Notes: generated from the sequence alone by a model not told the origin. A stretch of DNA of 64,000 nt from Candidatus Wolfebacteria bacterium RIFOXYD12_FULL_48_21 (GCA_001793945.1 MGIW01000004.1:26843-90842); one strand, 5' to 3'; positions 8,248-18,331 are shown, numbered from the stretch's first letter. Numbers and translations: made by a program.

Positions 8248-9762
8248 ATGACAACTAAAAAACCCACCGAGGGTTTTTACGGGCTCGGCATTGCGCCGAA
8301 ATTGCTCGAGATCCTCGACAAGAAAAAATTCACCACACCGACCCCCATTCAGCATGAGGCTATTCCGGTCGCCATCAGCGGCAAGGATATGATCGGCATT
8401 GCGCAAACGGGAACGGGCAAAACGCTTGCATTCGGTATTCCGATGATCCAGCGTCTTGCAAGCGGCAACAGCCAGGGCGTCATTTTGGTCCCTACGCGCG
8501 AACTTGCATTGCAGGTTGACGAACAGATACAGGCCATCGGCCGCGATCTCGGATTGTATACCGCAGTTCTGATCGGTGGAGCATCCATCGAAGTGCAGAA
8601 AAAAATGCTGCGCAGAAACCCGCACATTATCGTAGCAACGCCGGGTCGGTTTCTTGACCACATGAACCAGCGCACGCTCCGATTGGAAGGTGTGAACATG
8701 TTGGTACTCGACGAGGCGGATCGCATGCTCGACATGGGATTTGCGCCGCAGATCAACAAGATATTTGAGGCATTGCCGAAGGTGCGACAGACGCTGTTGT
8801 TTTCCGCGACCATGCCGGCAGATATCGTAAAGATAGCACAAAAACACATGGAGCTGCCGGTGCGCGTTGAAATGGCGCGTTCGGGTACTACGGCGGAAAA
8901 TGTCATTCAGGAAATGTTTATCGTTCGCAAGGACGATAAGGATCGTTTGCTGGAATCTTTGCTCGGAACCTATCAGGGAACGGTGTTGGTATTTTCGCGC
9001 ACGCGCCATGGCGCAACGAAGATCTGTCGCGCGATCAAGCGCATGGGGCATACTTCGGCCGAGATACACTCGAACCGATCGCTGTCTCAGCGAAAGGAGG
9101 CCTTGCTTGGCTTTAAGATAGGCAAATATCGCACATTGGTTGCAACCGATATCGCCGCACGCGGCATTGATGTAACGGGAATTGAATTGGTCATCAACTA
9201 CGATCTTCCGGATAGTCCGGAAGATTATGTGCACCGCATCGGTCGCACGGGCCGCGCAGGCGCAAAGGGCCGCGCGATCTCGTTTGCGGCACCAGATCAG
9301 CGGTTCAAGGTGCGCATCATCGAGCGATTGGTTCAGTCACAGATACCTTCCTTGCAGCTTCCGGAATTGCCGCCGCATCGCGAGCCCGCATTTCGTGAAG
9401 AGGAAGAAGATAGCCGGGAATCCCGTGGTGGCCGCTTTGGCGGACAGCGGGGAGGCGCGCGTCGTCCGTTTGGGCGCAGCAGTGAGCGAAGCGAAGGCTT
9501 CGCACCGCGAAAGCCAATGTTTGAAACGCGAGCCCCACATGCAGGCACAGCGCCCGCACGAAGGCCCGCGGCAACACCGTCCGCTTCTGCCGCAATGGGA
9601 GAACGATCACCGCGTGAGCGTGTGATCGCATCCGGCAACCGTGAAGATCGACGCAAGTCGGTCCAGCGTGGTCCGGCCAAAAAAAGCGATCGGGGAGGTT
9701 CGTCTCATGGGCGAATGTTCGGGAAGAAGCCGCGCAAGAGCGCAGGTAAATCTGAACGATAA
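8248..9762 (+). CDS. DEAD-box ATP-dependent RNA helicase with basic RG-rich C-terminal tail
   Basis: Q-motif, AQTGTGKT, DEAD, SAT, HRIGRTGRAG; C-terminal 130 aa low-complexity R/G/S-rich. Confidence 0.93.
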   Translation: MTTKKPTEGFYGLGIAPKLLEILDKKKFTTPTPIQHEAIPVAISGKDMIGIAQTGTGKTLAFGIPMIQRLASGNSQGVILVPTRELALQVDEQIQAIGRDLGLYTAVLIGGASIEVQKKMLRRNPHIIVATPGRFLDHMNQRTLRLEGVNMLVLDEADRMLDMGFAPQINKIFEALPKVRQTLLFSATMPADIVKIAQKHMELPVRVEMARSGTTAENVIQEMFIVRKDDKDRLLESLLGTYQGTVLVFSRTRHGATKICRAIKRMGHTSAEIHSNRSLSQRKEALLGFKIGKYRTLVATDIAARGIDVTGIELVINYDLPDSPEDYVHRIGRTGRAGAKGRAISFAAPDQRFKVRIIERLVQSQIPSLQLPELPPHREPAFREEEEDSRESRGGRFGGQRGGARRPFGRSSERSEGFAPRKPMFETRAPHAGTAPARRPAATPSASAAMGERSPRERVIASGNREDRRKSVQRGPAKKSDRGGSSHGRMFGKKPRKSAGKSER

Positions 9763-9851
9763 GAATTATCAAAATAATTTTTGGAATCGGGTCGCTCGTG
9801 TGATATGCAAATGCAATTTGCATATCACCACTTCGCTGCCGACTCTAAAAA

Positions 9852-9881
9852 AACGGAACGCATAAAGCGTTCCGTTTTTTT
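9852..9881. terminator. Bidirectional rho-independent terminator
   Basis: aaaaaaacggaacgcataaagcgttccgttttttt. Confidence 0.8.
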
Positions 9882-10142
9882 GTGTGGTGCGTGCCGATTG
9901 GGTCGAGGACAGGCCCTTACCCGCGGGAATGACAGGAAAAGGAGTGCGTATGCAAAACACCTCCGAAGAGGTGTTCTACATACGCAGCAGCTCGAAACCT
10001 TTTACTAATCTTACGACTGGCAAACTGCTGTTCGCTGCTGCGTATAAATATATTCGCATAGGGCAAAACGAAAGTCAATAGGTTGTATAGAGGTATGGAT
10101 ATGTGGAAGGGAGCGATTGGAAATATGCTACAATAGAGGCAT

Positions 10143-10781
10143 ATGAAAACGATCAAGGGGACAATTGCATGGATCGTGATCGGGCTCACATGGGTAACTG
10201 CAATCGTATTGTACGACGGGATGCCGGCCCGCATGGCAACGCATTGGAATGCGGCCGGCGTTGCGGATGGATATGCGGGAAAGGCATTTGCGTTGTTTCT
10301 GATTCCCGCGATCATGCTGCTTGTGCAGGGGTTGTTCGTGTTGATCCCGAAAATCGATCCGTTGCGGAAAAATATCGAAGCATTCAGGGAGCAATTCGAA
10401 GGGTTTGCATTACTGCTATCCGTATTTATGGCCTATTTGTTTGTGTTGATCATGCTATGGAGCAAAGGAGCCTTGTTTTCGATGACTGTTGCGCTTATGC
10501 CTGCATTTGCCAGTATGTTCTACGGCATGGGCTCATTGCTTAAAGGGATCAAACGCAATTGGTTTGTTGGAATCCGTACGCCGTGGACGATGAGTAGTGA
10601 TGTGGTATGGGACAAGACACATGCGTTGGGGAGTAGATTGTTCAAGGTATCGGGGGTGGTCATATTGGCAGGGGTGGTGCTCCCGCAATATGCAGTGTGG
10701 TTCATGGTAGGACCGATACTCGCAAGCACGCTGATTTCAGTGGTCTATTCATACAGAGTATTTAAAAAAGAAAACAAATAA
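10143..10781 (+). CDS. SdpI/YhfL-family membrane protein (DUF1648 + SdpI)
   Basis: Multi-TM, N-terminal DUF1648-like and SdpI-like C-terminal region; TACAAT 11 nt upstream of ATG. Confidence 0.7.
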   Translation: MKTIKGTIAWIVIGLTWVTAIVLYDGMPARMATHWNAAGVADGYAGKAFALFLIPAIMLLVQGLFVLIPKIDPLRKNIEAFREQFEGFALLLSVFMAYLFVLIMLWSKGALFSMTVALMPAFASMFYGMGSLLKGIKRNWFVGIRTPWTMSSDVVWDKTHALGSRLFKVSGVVILAGVVLPQYAVWFMVGPILASTLISVVYSYRVFKKENK

Positions 10782-10808
10782 CACCGGCCTTGGCCGGTGT
10801 TATTTGTT
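10780..10808. terminator. Bidirectional rho-independent terminator
   Basis: aacaccggccttggccggtgtt-atttgttt between convergent genes. Confidence 0.75.
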
Positions 10809-11363
10809 TCGAATGCTGAATATGCATCCGCAATAATTTTGATGATAAAAGCCGTGCTCTTTTGCAAGCGCGCGCGTCTTTGCCCATATGTCTTTTTTGG
10901 GTTCGCCAAAGTCGGCCATGGTAAGAAAGGTAAGTCCGAGCTTGTTTGCGATATCCGTACCGATGGCCCCGATGATATCCTCGTTTTTATACGGACTCGC
11001 GGCTAGCGTGGTGGTGAAATGCGTTGCGCCTTTTGCAAGCGCAAGCTCGCCGGTTTTTGCAAGACGCAAGCGGAAACAAAGCGGACATCGTTTTCCACCC
11101 TCGGGTTCGCCCTCAAAACCTGCGATCGCCTTATGCCAGTTTTGCGTATCGTAGTCGCCTTCGATGAACTCCGAGCCATAGAGGGACGCAAGCTTGATTA
11201 CCGAATCCCTGCGGCGTTCATATTCTTCCTGCGGATGAATATTGGGATTGTAGTAATAATAAATGATCGTAAACCGGTCTTTGAGCAGTTCGGAAAGATA
11301 AGCGCCACAAATGGCGCAACAGATATGAAGGACTAGTGTTGGTTTGGATATGCCGTTATTCAT
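10800..11363 (-). CDS. queH: Epoxyqueuosine reductase QueH (DUF208)
   Basis: HICCAPC-type Cys motif (HICCAICGAY), CPLCF, YCGC motifs characteristic of QueH. Confidence 0.85.
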   Translation of the reverse strand: MNNGISKPTLVLHICCAICGAYLSELLKDRFTIIYYYYNPNIHPQEEYERRRDSVIKLASLYGSEFIEGDYDTQNWHKAIAGFEGEPEGGKRCPLCFRLRLAKTGELALAKGATHFTTTLAASPYKNEDIIGAIGTDIANKLGLTFLTMADFGEPKKDIWAKTRALAKEHGFYHQNYCGCIFSIRNK

Positions 11364-11459
11364 TGCAAAAAGGGTACGGGATTATGCCAAGTCTGTCAAA
11401 ATCGGGCCTACCCCTATACCAACTTGCGAAGCATTTTGGTGTGGGGGTATACTGTAGTT

Positions 11460-12047
11460 ATGATAGATGTGTATTCGAAATTCGACGATCTTGCGGCGCG
11501 CATGGTTGAGGGAAAGGATTACCGGATCGTGGCGCACAAAAGAAACAGCCCGTATCTGATCATGGCGATACATGGAGGGCTCATAGAGCCGTTCACATCC
11601 GATATCGCAACCGCTCTTGCGGGCGAGGAATATGACCTCTATGTCTTTGAAGGCACACGAAAGGAAAGAAATGGAGAATTGCATATCGCAAGCGAATATT
11701 TCGATGAGCCGCAGGCAAAAGATATGGTTCGGGTTGCCGAAACGGTGGTTTGCATTCATGGGCACCACGATACGGAACATGAGTTTGTGATGGTGGGCGG
11801 GTTGGATGAAAGACTTGCGGAGAAGATGCGGACACGCTTATCCGAGATCGACATAGCAATGCAGTCGTTTGACGGACGACTTGCCCCGGAAAGTCCGAAT
11901 AACATTTGCAATCAGGGCATGTCGGGCGGGGGCATTGAAATAATGATCAGTAGGAAATTAAGGGATGCGCTCCGTGAAGACGCGGGGTTATATAGATTAT
12001 TCATCAACGCGATGAAGCATGCGATCGCGGCACATAAAAACGACTAA
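11460..12047 (+). CDS. Poly-gamma-glutamate hydrolase-family protein (PghP-like zinc peptidase)
   Basis: Gamma_PGA_hydro-like motifs (IAIHGG, HxE metal ligands; CIHGHHD); GGTATACT 6 nt upstream (leaderless-like). Confidence 0.7.
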   Translation: MIDVYSKFDDLAARMVEGKDYRIVAHKRNSPYLIMAIHGGLIEPFTSDIATALAGEEYDLYVFEGTRKERNGELHIASEYFDEPQAKDMVRVAETVVCIHGHHDTEHEFVMVGGLDERLAEKMRTRLSEIDIAMQSFDGRLAPESPNNICNQGMSGGGIEIMISRKLRDALREDAGLYRLFINAMKHAIAAHKND

Positions 12048-12051
12048 AGAT

Positions 12052-12513
12052 ATGAAGATACAATGGAACAAGGTCACATGGTATTCGACGGTTGCGGCAG
12101 TGCTGTTGGGTATCGGCATTTTCGCGCTGGGTGTGTACATTGGCGCGCTCTATGAACGCGGACGCGCTGCAATGGAAATAGTGGAAGGGCTGAAGATCGA
12201 CCGAAAGTCCATTGTGGAGCGGACAACAGAGGATGTCGCGCCGACCGCTTTGTTTATGCAAGAGGGAAATATAAAGAACATGGCGACGGGTGAAATTGAG
12301 GAAGATGATTGGGTATTGATATACGATCAGCCGGGCGCTCCGGCATTGACGAGAAAGCTCATATTCACGACGGAAAGTAGATGTGTGGTCGAGAAGGGGA
12401 TCCCATTGTTCTGCAATACGGCCAATTTTGAACAGGGGGAGCGCGTATTGGTAATGGGTGTTCCCAATGAAGACGGAAGCATTGTCGTCGAACGGTTGGA
12501 ATCGGTGCACTAA
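12052..12513 (+). CDS. Membrane-anchored hypothetical protein
   Basis: ATG 2 nt after the preceding stop; single N-terminal TM; no recognisable domain. Confidence 0.55.
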   Translation: MKIQWNKVTWYSTVAAVLLGIGIFALGVYIGALYERGRAAMEIVEGLKIDRKSIVERTTEDVAPTALFMQEGNIKNMATGEIEEDDWVLIYDQPGAPALTRKLIFTTESRCVVEKGIPLFCNTANFEQGERVLVMGVPNEDGSIVVERLESVH

Positions 12514-12550
12514 GGAGTAGTAGGGGAAATATTGTTGGTTACAAGTGGTG

Positions 12551-12579
12551 TTGTCAAATTATATGGATTATGCTATTAT
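12551..12579 (+). promoter_or_regulatory. Sigma70-like promoter TTGTCA-17-TATTAT for the ABC-F gene
   Basis: Consensus spacing; implies the upstream in-frame ATGs (12532, 12580) are not used and the start is 12619. Confidence 0.45.
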
Positions 12580-12618
12580 ATGGCCATAAGTACGGCACAG
12601 GCCGATTTTTTTAACACC

Positions 12619-14073
12619 ATGGCACACGGAAACATCATCATCAGATTCAACGAAGTATCATTTGGATACCAGCACAACCGCCCTCTTTTGGAAGAGGCGG
12701 ATTGTTCGGTGCGCGAGGGGGCAAAGGTGACCATCATGGGGCAGAATGGCGCAGGGAAAAGCACATTGTTCAAACTGTTGTTAGGGGAGCTGGAGCCGAC
12801 CGAAGGATCTATTGCCATAGAAAAAGATGCATCGATCGCCATTGCGCGGCAGGTGCTTTCACGCGAACAGCTTGAGCTGACCGTGAAGGATTTTTTTGAG
12901 AGCATGTTTGATCGTAAGGTGTATGATATTGATCCGAAGATCGCGGAGGTATTGGAAGTGGTCAATTTGCATGCGCCGCTCGATCGGCAAATGAAGACAT
13001 TTTCCGGCGGGCAGCAGGCGCGCTTGCTGTTGGCGTCGGCGTTGATACAAGAGCCGGATATTCTGTTACTCGACGAACCGACGAACAATTTGGACAAGGC
13101 GGGTATCGCCCATTTGACGGCGTATCTGAAGGCATACGACAAGACCTGTTTGGTCATTTCCCATGACGCAGAGTTTTTAAATGCGTTCACGCACGGAGTT
13201 TTGTATTTGGATGTATTCACGCGAAAGATCGAACAATATACTGGCGATTATTTTAAGGTAGTGGAAGAGATCAAGCGTCGCCTTGAGCGCGAGCGCAGTC
13301 AGAACGCGCGTTTGGAAAAAGATATTTCAAACCGCAAAGAGCAGGCGAACTTTTTTGCGCAAAAGGGCGGCAAGTTGCGCAATGTTGCGGCGACCATGCG
13401 TGAAAAAATAGAGGAGCTTGAGGAGGACAAGGTTGATATACGGCGCGAAGACAAGACGATTCCGGCATTTACTATTGGTAATCAGGATATATCCCATCCC
13501 GCGGTCCGGTTCGAGTCGGTATTTATCGTCAAGGACCATAAGCGCATAGGAAAGAAATTTGAGCTGATTCTGCGCAAGAAGATGCACCTGCTTATTACGG
13601 GGCCGAACGGTATCGGTAAAAGCACATTACTCGAAGCATTGTACAATGGAACGGAAAAAGGAATGAAGATCGAAAACGGAACGATCATCGGTTATTATAG
13701 GCAGGATTTTTCCACGCTCGATTTTGATGCAAGTGCGTACGATGTATTGAAGGAAGTTGCGCTTGACGCGACCGATCAAGACATCCGCGGCGCTGCGGCA
13801 CGATTTTTGATCACCGGTGATCTGCTTGCCGCAAAAGTGAGCAGCTTGTCCGAAGGGCAAAAGGGGTTGCTGTCGTTCGCACGATTTACCTTGCAAAAAC
13901 CGGGCCTGTTGATTCTCGACGAGCCGACCAACCACATCAACTTCCGTCACTTGCCGGTCATTGCAAAGGCGCTGGACAAGTACGAAGGTGCCATGATACT
14001 GGTAAGTCACATGCCGGAATTCGTAAAACAGATCCGCATCGACGAAGAGTTGGACCTCGGAAAAATCGGGTAA
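12619..14073 (+). CDS. ABC-F family ATPase (two tandem ABC cassettes, no TMD; EttA/Uup/ARE-like)
   Basis: Two Walker A (GQNGAGKST; GPNGIGKST), two signatures (LSGGQQARL; LSEGQKGLL), two Walker B (LLLDEPTN; LILDEPTN) with an inter-domain linker; alternative start 12580. Confidence 0.88.
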   Translation: MAHGNIIIRFNEVSFGYQHNRPLLEEADCSVREGAKVTIMGQNGAGKSTLFKLLLGELEPTEGSIAIEKDASIAIARQVLSREQLELTVKDFFESMFDRKVYDIDPKIAEVLEVVNLHAPLDRQMKTFSGGQQARLLLASALIQEPDILLLDEPTNNLDKAGIAHLTAYLKAYDKTCLVISHDAEFLNAFTHGVLYLDVFTRKIEQYTGDYFKVVEEIKRRLERERSQNARLEKDISNRKEQANFFAQKGGKLRNVAATMREKIEELEEDKVDIRREDKTIPAFTIGNQDISHPAVRFESVFIVKDHKRIGKKFELILRKKMHLLITGPNGIGKSTLLEALYNGTEKGMKIENGTIIGYYRQDFSTLDFDASAYDVLKEVALDATDQDIRGAAARFLITGDLLAAKVSSLSEGQKGLLSFARFTLQKPGLLILDEPTNHINFRHLPVIAKALDKYEGAMILVSHMPEFVKQIRIDEELDLGKIG

Positions 14074-14138
14074 GAGTGGAACAATAAGACGGGGGGGTGT
14101 ATAATAAGGGCATATTCATTAATGCTCTTATTTTTTAC

Positions 14139-15296
14139 ATGAAGCACATACAACGGATTGCTGTTATTGCATTTGCGGTTTCGGTGGTATTGCTCCCGGC
14201 GGTATCGAATGCCGCGGAGCTTAAGGCAATGCGGGATTACACATTGCAAAAAGGTACGGTGGAGCAGGGCGATCTGTATATCGCCGCACAAACCAATGTG
14301 ATCGCCGGTGAAGTAAGTGGCGACCTCGCCATTATAGGCGGGAATGTTTTGATCACCGGCAATGTGGAGCAGGACCTGATCGCGGCGGGAGGCACGGTGG
14401 ACATATTGGGTAGTATCGGCGATGATCTTCGCGCAGTAGGTGGCACAGTCACAATCGGACAACATGTCGGTGGTGATGTGGTGGCTGCTGGCGGCATGAT
14501 CCACATTATTTCCGGAGCAAAGATAGACGGAGATGTTCTGGTTGCCGCAGGCCAGGTAATCATCGATGGTGAAGTTATGGGGACGGTAAAAATATCCGGA
14601 GGAGAGGTGGTGATTAATGGGGCTGTGGGTAAGAGTGTGGTCGTCCGCGCGAGCGAACGCGTTTCAATCGGTGCAGGGGCAACGATCGGTGGCGACCTTG
14701 CGTATCGGTCGGCCAACGCGGTAATATTGGCAGAAGGTGCGACGATCGCCGGCGAAACGAAATTCGAAAAAATAGAACGCCCAACGCGCGTCGATAAGCG
14801 TGCAAGCGCGGCTATGGCCGGATTGCTCGGCGTTATGGCATTGCTCCGATTGGCAGCAATGATCATTACGGCGGTGCTCGCGGTCGTATTGTTCCGCAAG
14901 GCGACTCAATCGTTGACCAAATCGTCGATCGATCACTTTGGCAGGGAATTGATTCGTGGATTCGTAGTGTTGGTTGTGATTCCATTTGCTATTCTATTCG
15001 CACTCATAAGTATCATCGGCTTGGGCTTAGGCATCGCGGGTATTCTTGCGTATGCGTTGTTGTTCATGATCGCAAAGGTGCTTGCAAGCATTCTGTTCGG
15101 TACGGTCGTACTGAAACTGATAAAGAAAAAGAAGGACTACGAGGTTACATGGCAAAGCGCTGTGGTTGGTGTGATCGCATTATCTATCGTTTCCTTGGTA
15201 CCGATATTTGGTTGGATAGTTGCTTGCTTGGCCTTCCTTGTATCGATGGGAAGCATATCGATGCTGTTGTATCAAAAGGCATGGGTTAAAAGATAA
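14139..15296 (+). CDS. Membrane protein with bactofilin-like beta-helical repeat domain (polymer-forming / DUF583-like) and C-terminal 4-TM region
   Basis: Signal/TM, then repeated G-D-[LV]-x-[IV]-x-G motifs over about 200 aa, then four hydrophobic helices. Confidence 0.6.
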   Translation: MKHIQRIAVIAFAVSVVLLPAVSNAAELKAMRDYTLQKGTVEQGDLYIAAQTNVIAGEVSGDLAIIGGNVLITGNVEQDLIAAGGTVDILGSIGDDLRAVGGTVTIGQHVGGDVVAAGGMIHIISGAKIDGDVLVAAGQVIIDGEVMGTVKISGGEVVINGAVGKSVVVRASERVSIGAGATIGGDLAYRSANAVILAEGATIAGETKFEKIERPTRVDKRASAAMAGLLGVMALLRLAAMIITAVLAVVLFRKATQSLTKSSIDHFGRELIRGFVVLVVIPFAILFALISIIGLGLGIAGILAYALLFMIAKVLASILFGTVVLKLIKKKKDYEVTWQSAVVGVIALSIVSLVPIFGWIVACLAFLVSMGSISMLLYQKAWVKR

Positions 15297-15304
15297 ATGA
15301 GAGC

Positions 15305-15462
15305 TGTCATCCCGGACTTGACCCTCGGCGTTATTAGTGTTCCGTCAGCCGACGGAGAATGTGCAACGTGCCGGGATACTCGAAGTGCATAAGGTTTCCA
15401 CACCGGGATCTCGTTGCAAAATACGAGATTCTGAATCCGCCGGCTGGCGGATCAGAATGACA
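15305..15462. repeat. Repeat family copy F (divergent/compound): TGTCATCCCGGAC ... GAATCCGCCGGCTGGCGGATCAGAATGACA
   Basis: Shares termini and the ccgccgg-N-ggcgg hairpin with the other copies; lies 3' of the bactofilin-like gene, before its terminator. Confidence 0.55.
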
Positions 15463-15465
15463 CGA

Positions 15466-15496
15466 GAAAGCGCCGGCAATTCGCCGGCGCTTTTTG
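15466..15496 (+). terminator. Rho-independent terminator
   Basis: aagcgccggcaattcgccggcgcttttt. Confidence 0.75.
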
Positions 15497-15524
15497 GTTG
15501 CCATGCACTCGCGGATACGGTACG

Positions 15525-16304
15525 ATGCGAATTATGGAGGCGATACTCAATATATATAAACCGCAGGGGTGGACCCCACTGCAGACGATTGATGCGCTTA
15601 GAAAGTTGTATCCCGCATATCAAAATGAAAAGATGACCTACGCGGGGCGATTGGACCCGATGGCGGAGGGCGTGTTGCTGGTGCTTGTTGGAGACGCGGT
15701 ACATAAAAAGGATACATATAACGGACTCGACAAAACATATGAAGCGGATGTGCTTTTTGGCGTCGGTACGGACACGCATGATCTGCTTGGCATGCCCATG
15801 ATCGTTGCAGTGGGAGATATGTCCGATGCGCATTTAAAAAAAGAAGCGCATGATCTGCTTGGTATGCATGAATATGCGCTTCCTATATATTCATCAAAAC
15901 CGGTGCAGGGTAAGCCGCTATTTCAATGGGCGCGCGAGAACAGGGTGCATGAAATAACGGTGCCGAAGCGGACGATGCATGTGTATGAGATTGACCTGCT
16001 TGATCGTAAAAAAATAATAGCCGGCGCATTACGCAAGGAGGTTGCGCAGCGTATTGGAAGGGTGGTGGGCGACTTCAGGCAGGAAGTCATAAGCCGTGAA
16101 TGGAATGATTTATTGGAAGCTGATAGCAACGCATCGTTTCATGTTGTACACATAATGGTGCGATGCGCGAGCGGAACATATATCAGAACGCTTGCACATG
16201 AGTGGGGAAAGCGATCGGGAACGGATGCGGTGCTATCGCGCCTGGTGCGGACAAGAGTGGGGAAATATGCAATCGGCGAAAGCATACAATTTGACAATAA
16301 GTGA
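15525..16304 (+). CDS. truB: tRNA pseudouridine(55) synthase
   Basis: GRLDPMAEGVL catalytic-Asp motif; alternative start 15534. Confidence 0.9.
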   Translation: MRIMEAILNIYKPQGWTPLQTIDALRKLYPAYQNEKMTYAGRLDPMAEGVLLVLVGDAVHKKDTYNGLDKTYEADVLFGVGTDTHDLLGMPMIVAVGDMSDAHLKKEAHDLLGMHEYALPIYSSKPVQGKPLFQWARENRVHEITVPKRTMHVYEIDLLDRKKIIAGALRKEVAQRIGRVVGDFRQEVISREWNDLLEADSNASFHVVHIMVRCASGTYIRTLAHEWGKRSGTDAVLSRLVRTRVGKYAIGESIQFDNK

Positions 16305-16366
16305 TATTTTTCACATACTTTACCCAGTAAATTAAAGGGTACATTCATTCATGAAAGGAGGATGTT

Positions 16367-16600
16367 ATGCCTCACTGCATGCTGTGTGGAAGGCCACATA
16401 TCCCGTTGTGTTTGTTGACGCCATTGCCCGAATATGATCGAAAGGGTAAAGAGATTATGACATGTACCGCATGTTACAATAAGAGGTGTATCGGGAAATG
16501 GTGCGAGAAGCACCGGTGTTACCACGAGATGATCTTGGGCGCCGATTCCTATGAGGGATGCCTGTATTGCCTCGCCGAAGAAAAGCGGGCGATGCGATGA
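16367..16600 (+). CDS. Cys-rich small protein (12 Cys in 77 aa; putative zinc-ribbon)
   Basis: Strong SD (aaaggagg) 9 nt upstream; multiple CxxC pairs; terminator immediately downstream. Confidence 0.6.
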   Translation: MPHCMLCGRPHIPLCLLTPLPEYDRKGKEIMTCTACYNKRCIGKWCEKHRCYHEMILGADSYEGCLYCLAEEKRAMR

Positions 16601-16611
16601 AAATGGCGGCC

Positions 16612-16645
16612 AAGCCGCGGGTGCGTTACCTGCGGTTTTTTTTAT
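16612..16645 (+). terminator. Rho-independent terminator
   Basis: gccgcgggtgcgttacctgcggtttttttt. Confidence 0.7.
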
Positions 16646-16672
16646 GTCCGCGAAAGGATATAATGAACAAAT

Positions 16673-17416
16673 ATGAAGATAGTCATAAAACTTGGTAGTG
16701 CGGTATTGGTGCGGGAAAAGGACCAATCGATAGATCGAAAGACCATGTTGTCGGTGGTGCGGCAAGTGGATGAACTGATGCGCCGGGGGCACGCGGTGGT
16801 ATTGGTATCGTCGGGGGCGGTGGCAAGCTGTCCAAATACATTGTATTCAAAAAGTCTTCGCGCGGCTATTGGGCAACCGAAGTTGATGCATTTGTATGAA
16901 GATTATTTTGGCATCTTCGATCGGGAAACATGTCAGCTGTTGTATACGCATGAAGATCTGGGAGGCGGGCGCAGTGCCTATACAAAAAAAATAGTGAATG
17001 AAGCGCTCGAGCGCGGTGTTGTTCCGGTGATCAACGCGAACGACAGCGTAAACAGTGCGGAGCTCGATGCGTTAAAGGAGTATGCCGACAATGATGCGCT
17101 TGCGGCGCGGGTGGCGATGATGATCGGCGCGGACCGTGCGTATCTGTTGATCGGTGAGAAAGGATTGATGGATTACGATACCGGCGAAATCATTCGTACG
17201 GTGGATGATAGTAAAAAAGCGACAAAGCTGGTGCGCGGGAAAAGTGCCGTGGGAAGTGGAGGAATGAAAAGCAAATTGGCGGTTGCCGATACGCTTTGTA
17301 AGAAGGGGATTGGGGTTTGGTTGCTGCCCGGCAAGGAAGGGAATGCGATAATTGATTCGCTTGAGGGAAAAGTGATTGGAACCGAATGCGTGGCAAAGAT
17401 AAAAAAGAGGCCGTGA
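16673..17416 (+). CDS. Amino-acid kinase family protein, glutamate 5-kinase-like (no PUA domain)
   Basis: KLGSAVL and VSSGAVA motifs of the AAK fold (ProB-like); exact substrate uncertain. Confidence 0.7.
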   Translation: MKIVIKLGSAVLVREKDQSIDRKTMLSVVRQVDELMRRGHAVVLVSSGAVASCPNTLYSKSLRAAIGQPKLMHLYEDYFGIFDRETCQLLYTHEDLGGGRSAYTKKIVNEALERGVVPVINANDSVNSAELDALKEYADNDALAARVAMMIGADRAYLLIGEKGLMDYDTGEIIRTVDDSKKATKLVRGKSAVGSGGMKSKLAVADTLCKKGIGVWLLPGKEGNAIIDSLEGKVIGTECVAKIKKRP

Positions 17417-17432
17417 CTGGGGCCTCTTTTTA
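17406..17432. terminator. Bidirectional rho-independent terminator
   Basis: aaaaaagaggccgtgactggggcctcttttt between convergent genes. Confidence 0.8.
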
Positions 17433-17446
17433 TATGATCTGTAATA

Positions 17447-18331
17447 TCAATACGATCGCCCCGATTGCAAGAGCGGCGCAATGGGAATAATGGTAATGCG
17501 CGGATCTTTGGGGATCAGTGTTGGCGGGATCGAATCGGTGCAGTATATCCGTTCAACACCCATGTTCCAAAGTTGGGTCCATGCGGTTCCGGTAAACAAT
17601 CCATGGGTCACCATAATGGTAATGCGTTTTACGCCGAGCGCTTTGAGTTTTTTACAGCAGGCGATAAGCGTTTGCCCGGTGTCGATCATGTCGTCTACGA
17701 TGACCGCATCGGTCGTGACGGAGCCACTTGGTTGGGAAAGAGTAACGCCGGCCTTGGTATGGCGTTTTTTGAATGAAATACTACTCGTTTCCATTTCGGC
17801 AACGCGCTTAACCGCTTCGCAGCGGTCAATAGCTCCTTCATCTGGCGCAACGAGAGTCGCGCCGGTCAACGATCGTCCAATGATAATCTGTGCAAATGTT
17901 TCGGAAAGCGAAAGGGAATTGATTGGGAGCGGAATATATTCGCGATCTTCGTCGCTATGAAGGCTGAATGTGGTGATGGCGTCGATCCGAGACCGTTCAA
18001 GAAGTCCACCGACCCATGCCGTCGCAAGGCTTTCCTTGTTTACGATCTTATCGTGCCGGGCGTAGGCAAGGTAGGGAAGGAGCGCCGTAACCCTGCGCGC
18101 CCCCTGTTGCTTGAGCGTATCGGCGAGCAGGAGAAAGGATGTGAAGTTTTCATCAGGGGGAGCAATGGTTCCGAGAATGACACACTCTTGTCCGCGGACA
18201 TCGGTTCCGATGGTAATGTGCAGTTCGCCATTTGGATAGCGATTTGCTGCAAAAGCGCCTTTTTTATGATCGGGCGATTTACGAAGAGCACTTCCTATAT
18301 ATTCATAAGATGGAAAGGTAAAAAGGATCAT
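17447..18331 (-). CDS. prs: Ribose-phosphate pyrophosphokinase
   Basis: PRPP-binding loop DAVIVDDMIDTGQT and N-terminal Prs domain. Confidence 0.9.
   Translation of the reverse strand: MILFTFPSYEYIGSALRKSPDHKKGAFAANRYPNGELHITIGTDVRGQECVILGTIAPPDENFTSFLLLADTLKQQGARRVTALLPYLAYARHDKIVNKESLATAWVGGLLERSRIDAITTFSLHSDEDREYIPLPINSLSLSETFAQIIIGRSLTGATLVAPDEGAIDRCEAVKRVAEMETSSISFKKRHTKAGVTLSQPSGSVTTDAVIVDDMIDTGQTLIACCKKLKALGVKRITIMVTHGLFTGTAWTQLWNMGVERIYCTDSIPPTLIPKDPRITIIPIAPLLQSGRSY

Noticed and set aside
8215-9234. 339-aa minus-strand ORF
   Set aside because: Entirely antisense to the DEAD-box helicase, whose motifs are unambiguous on the + strand. Cys/Arg-rich low-complexity translation; shadow ORF.
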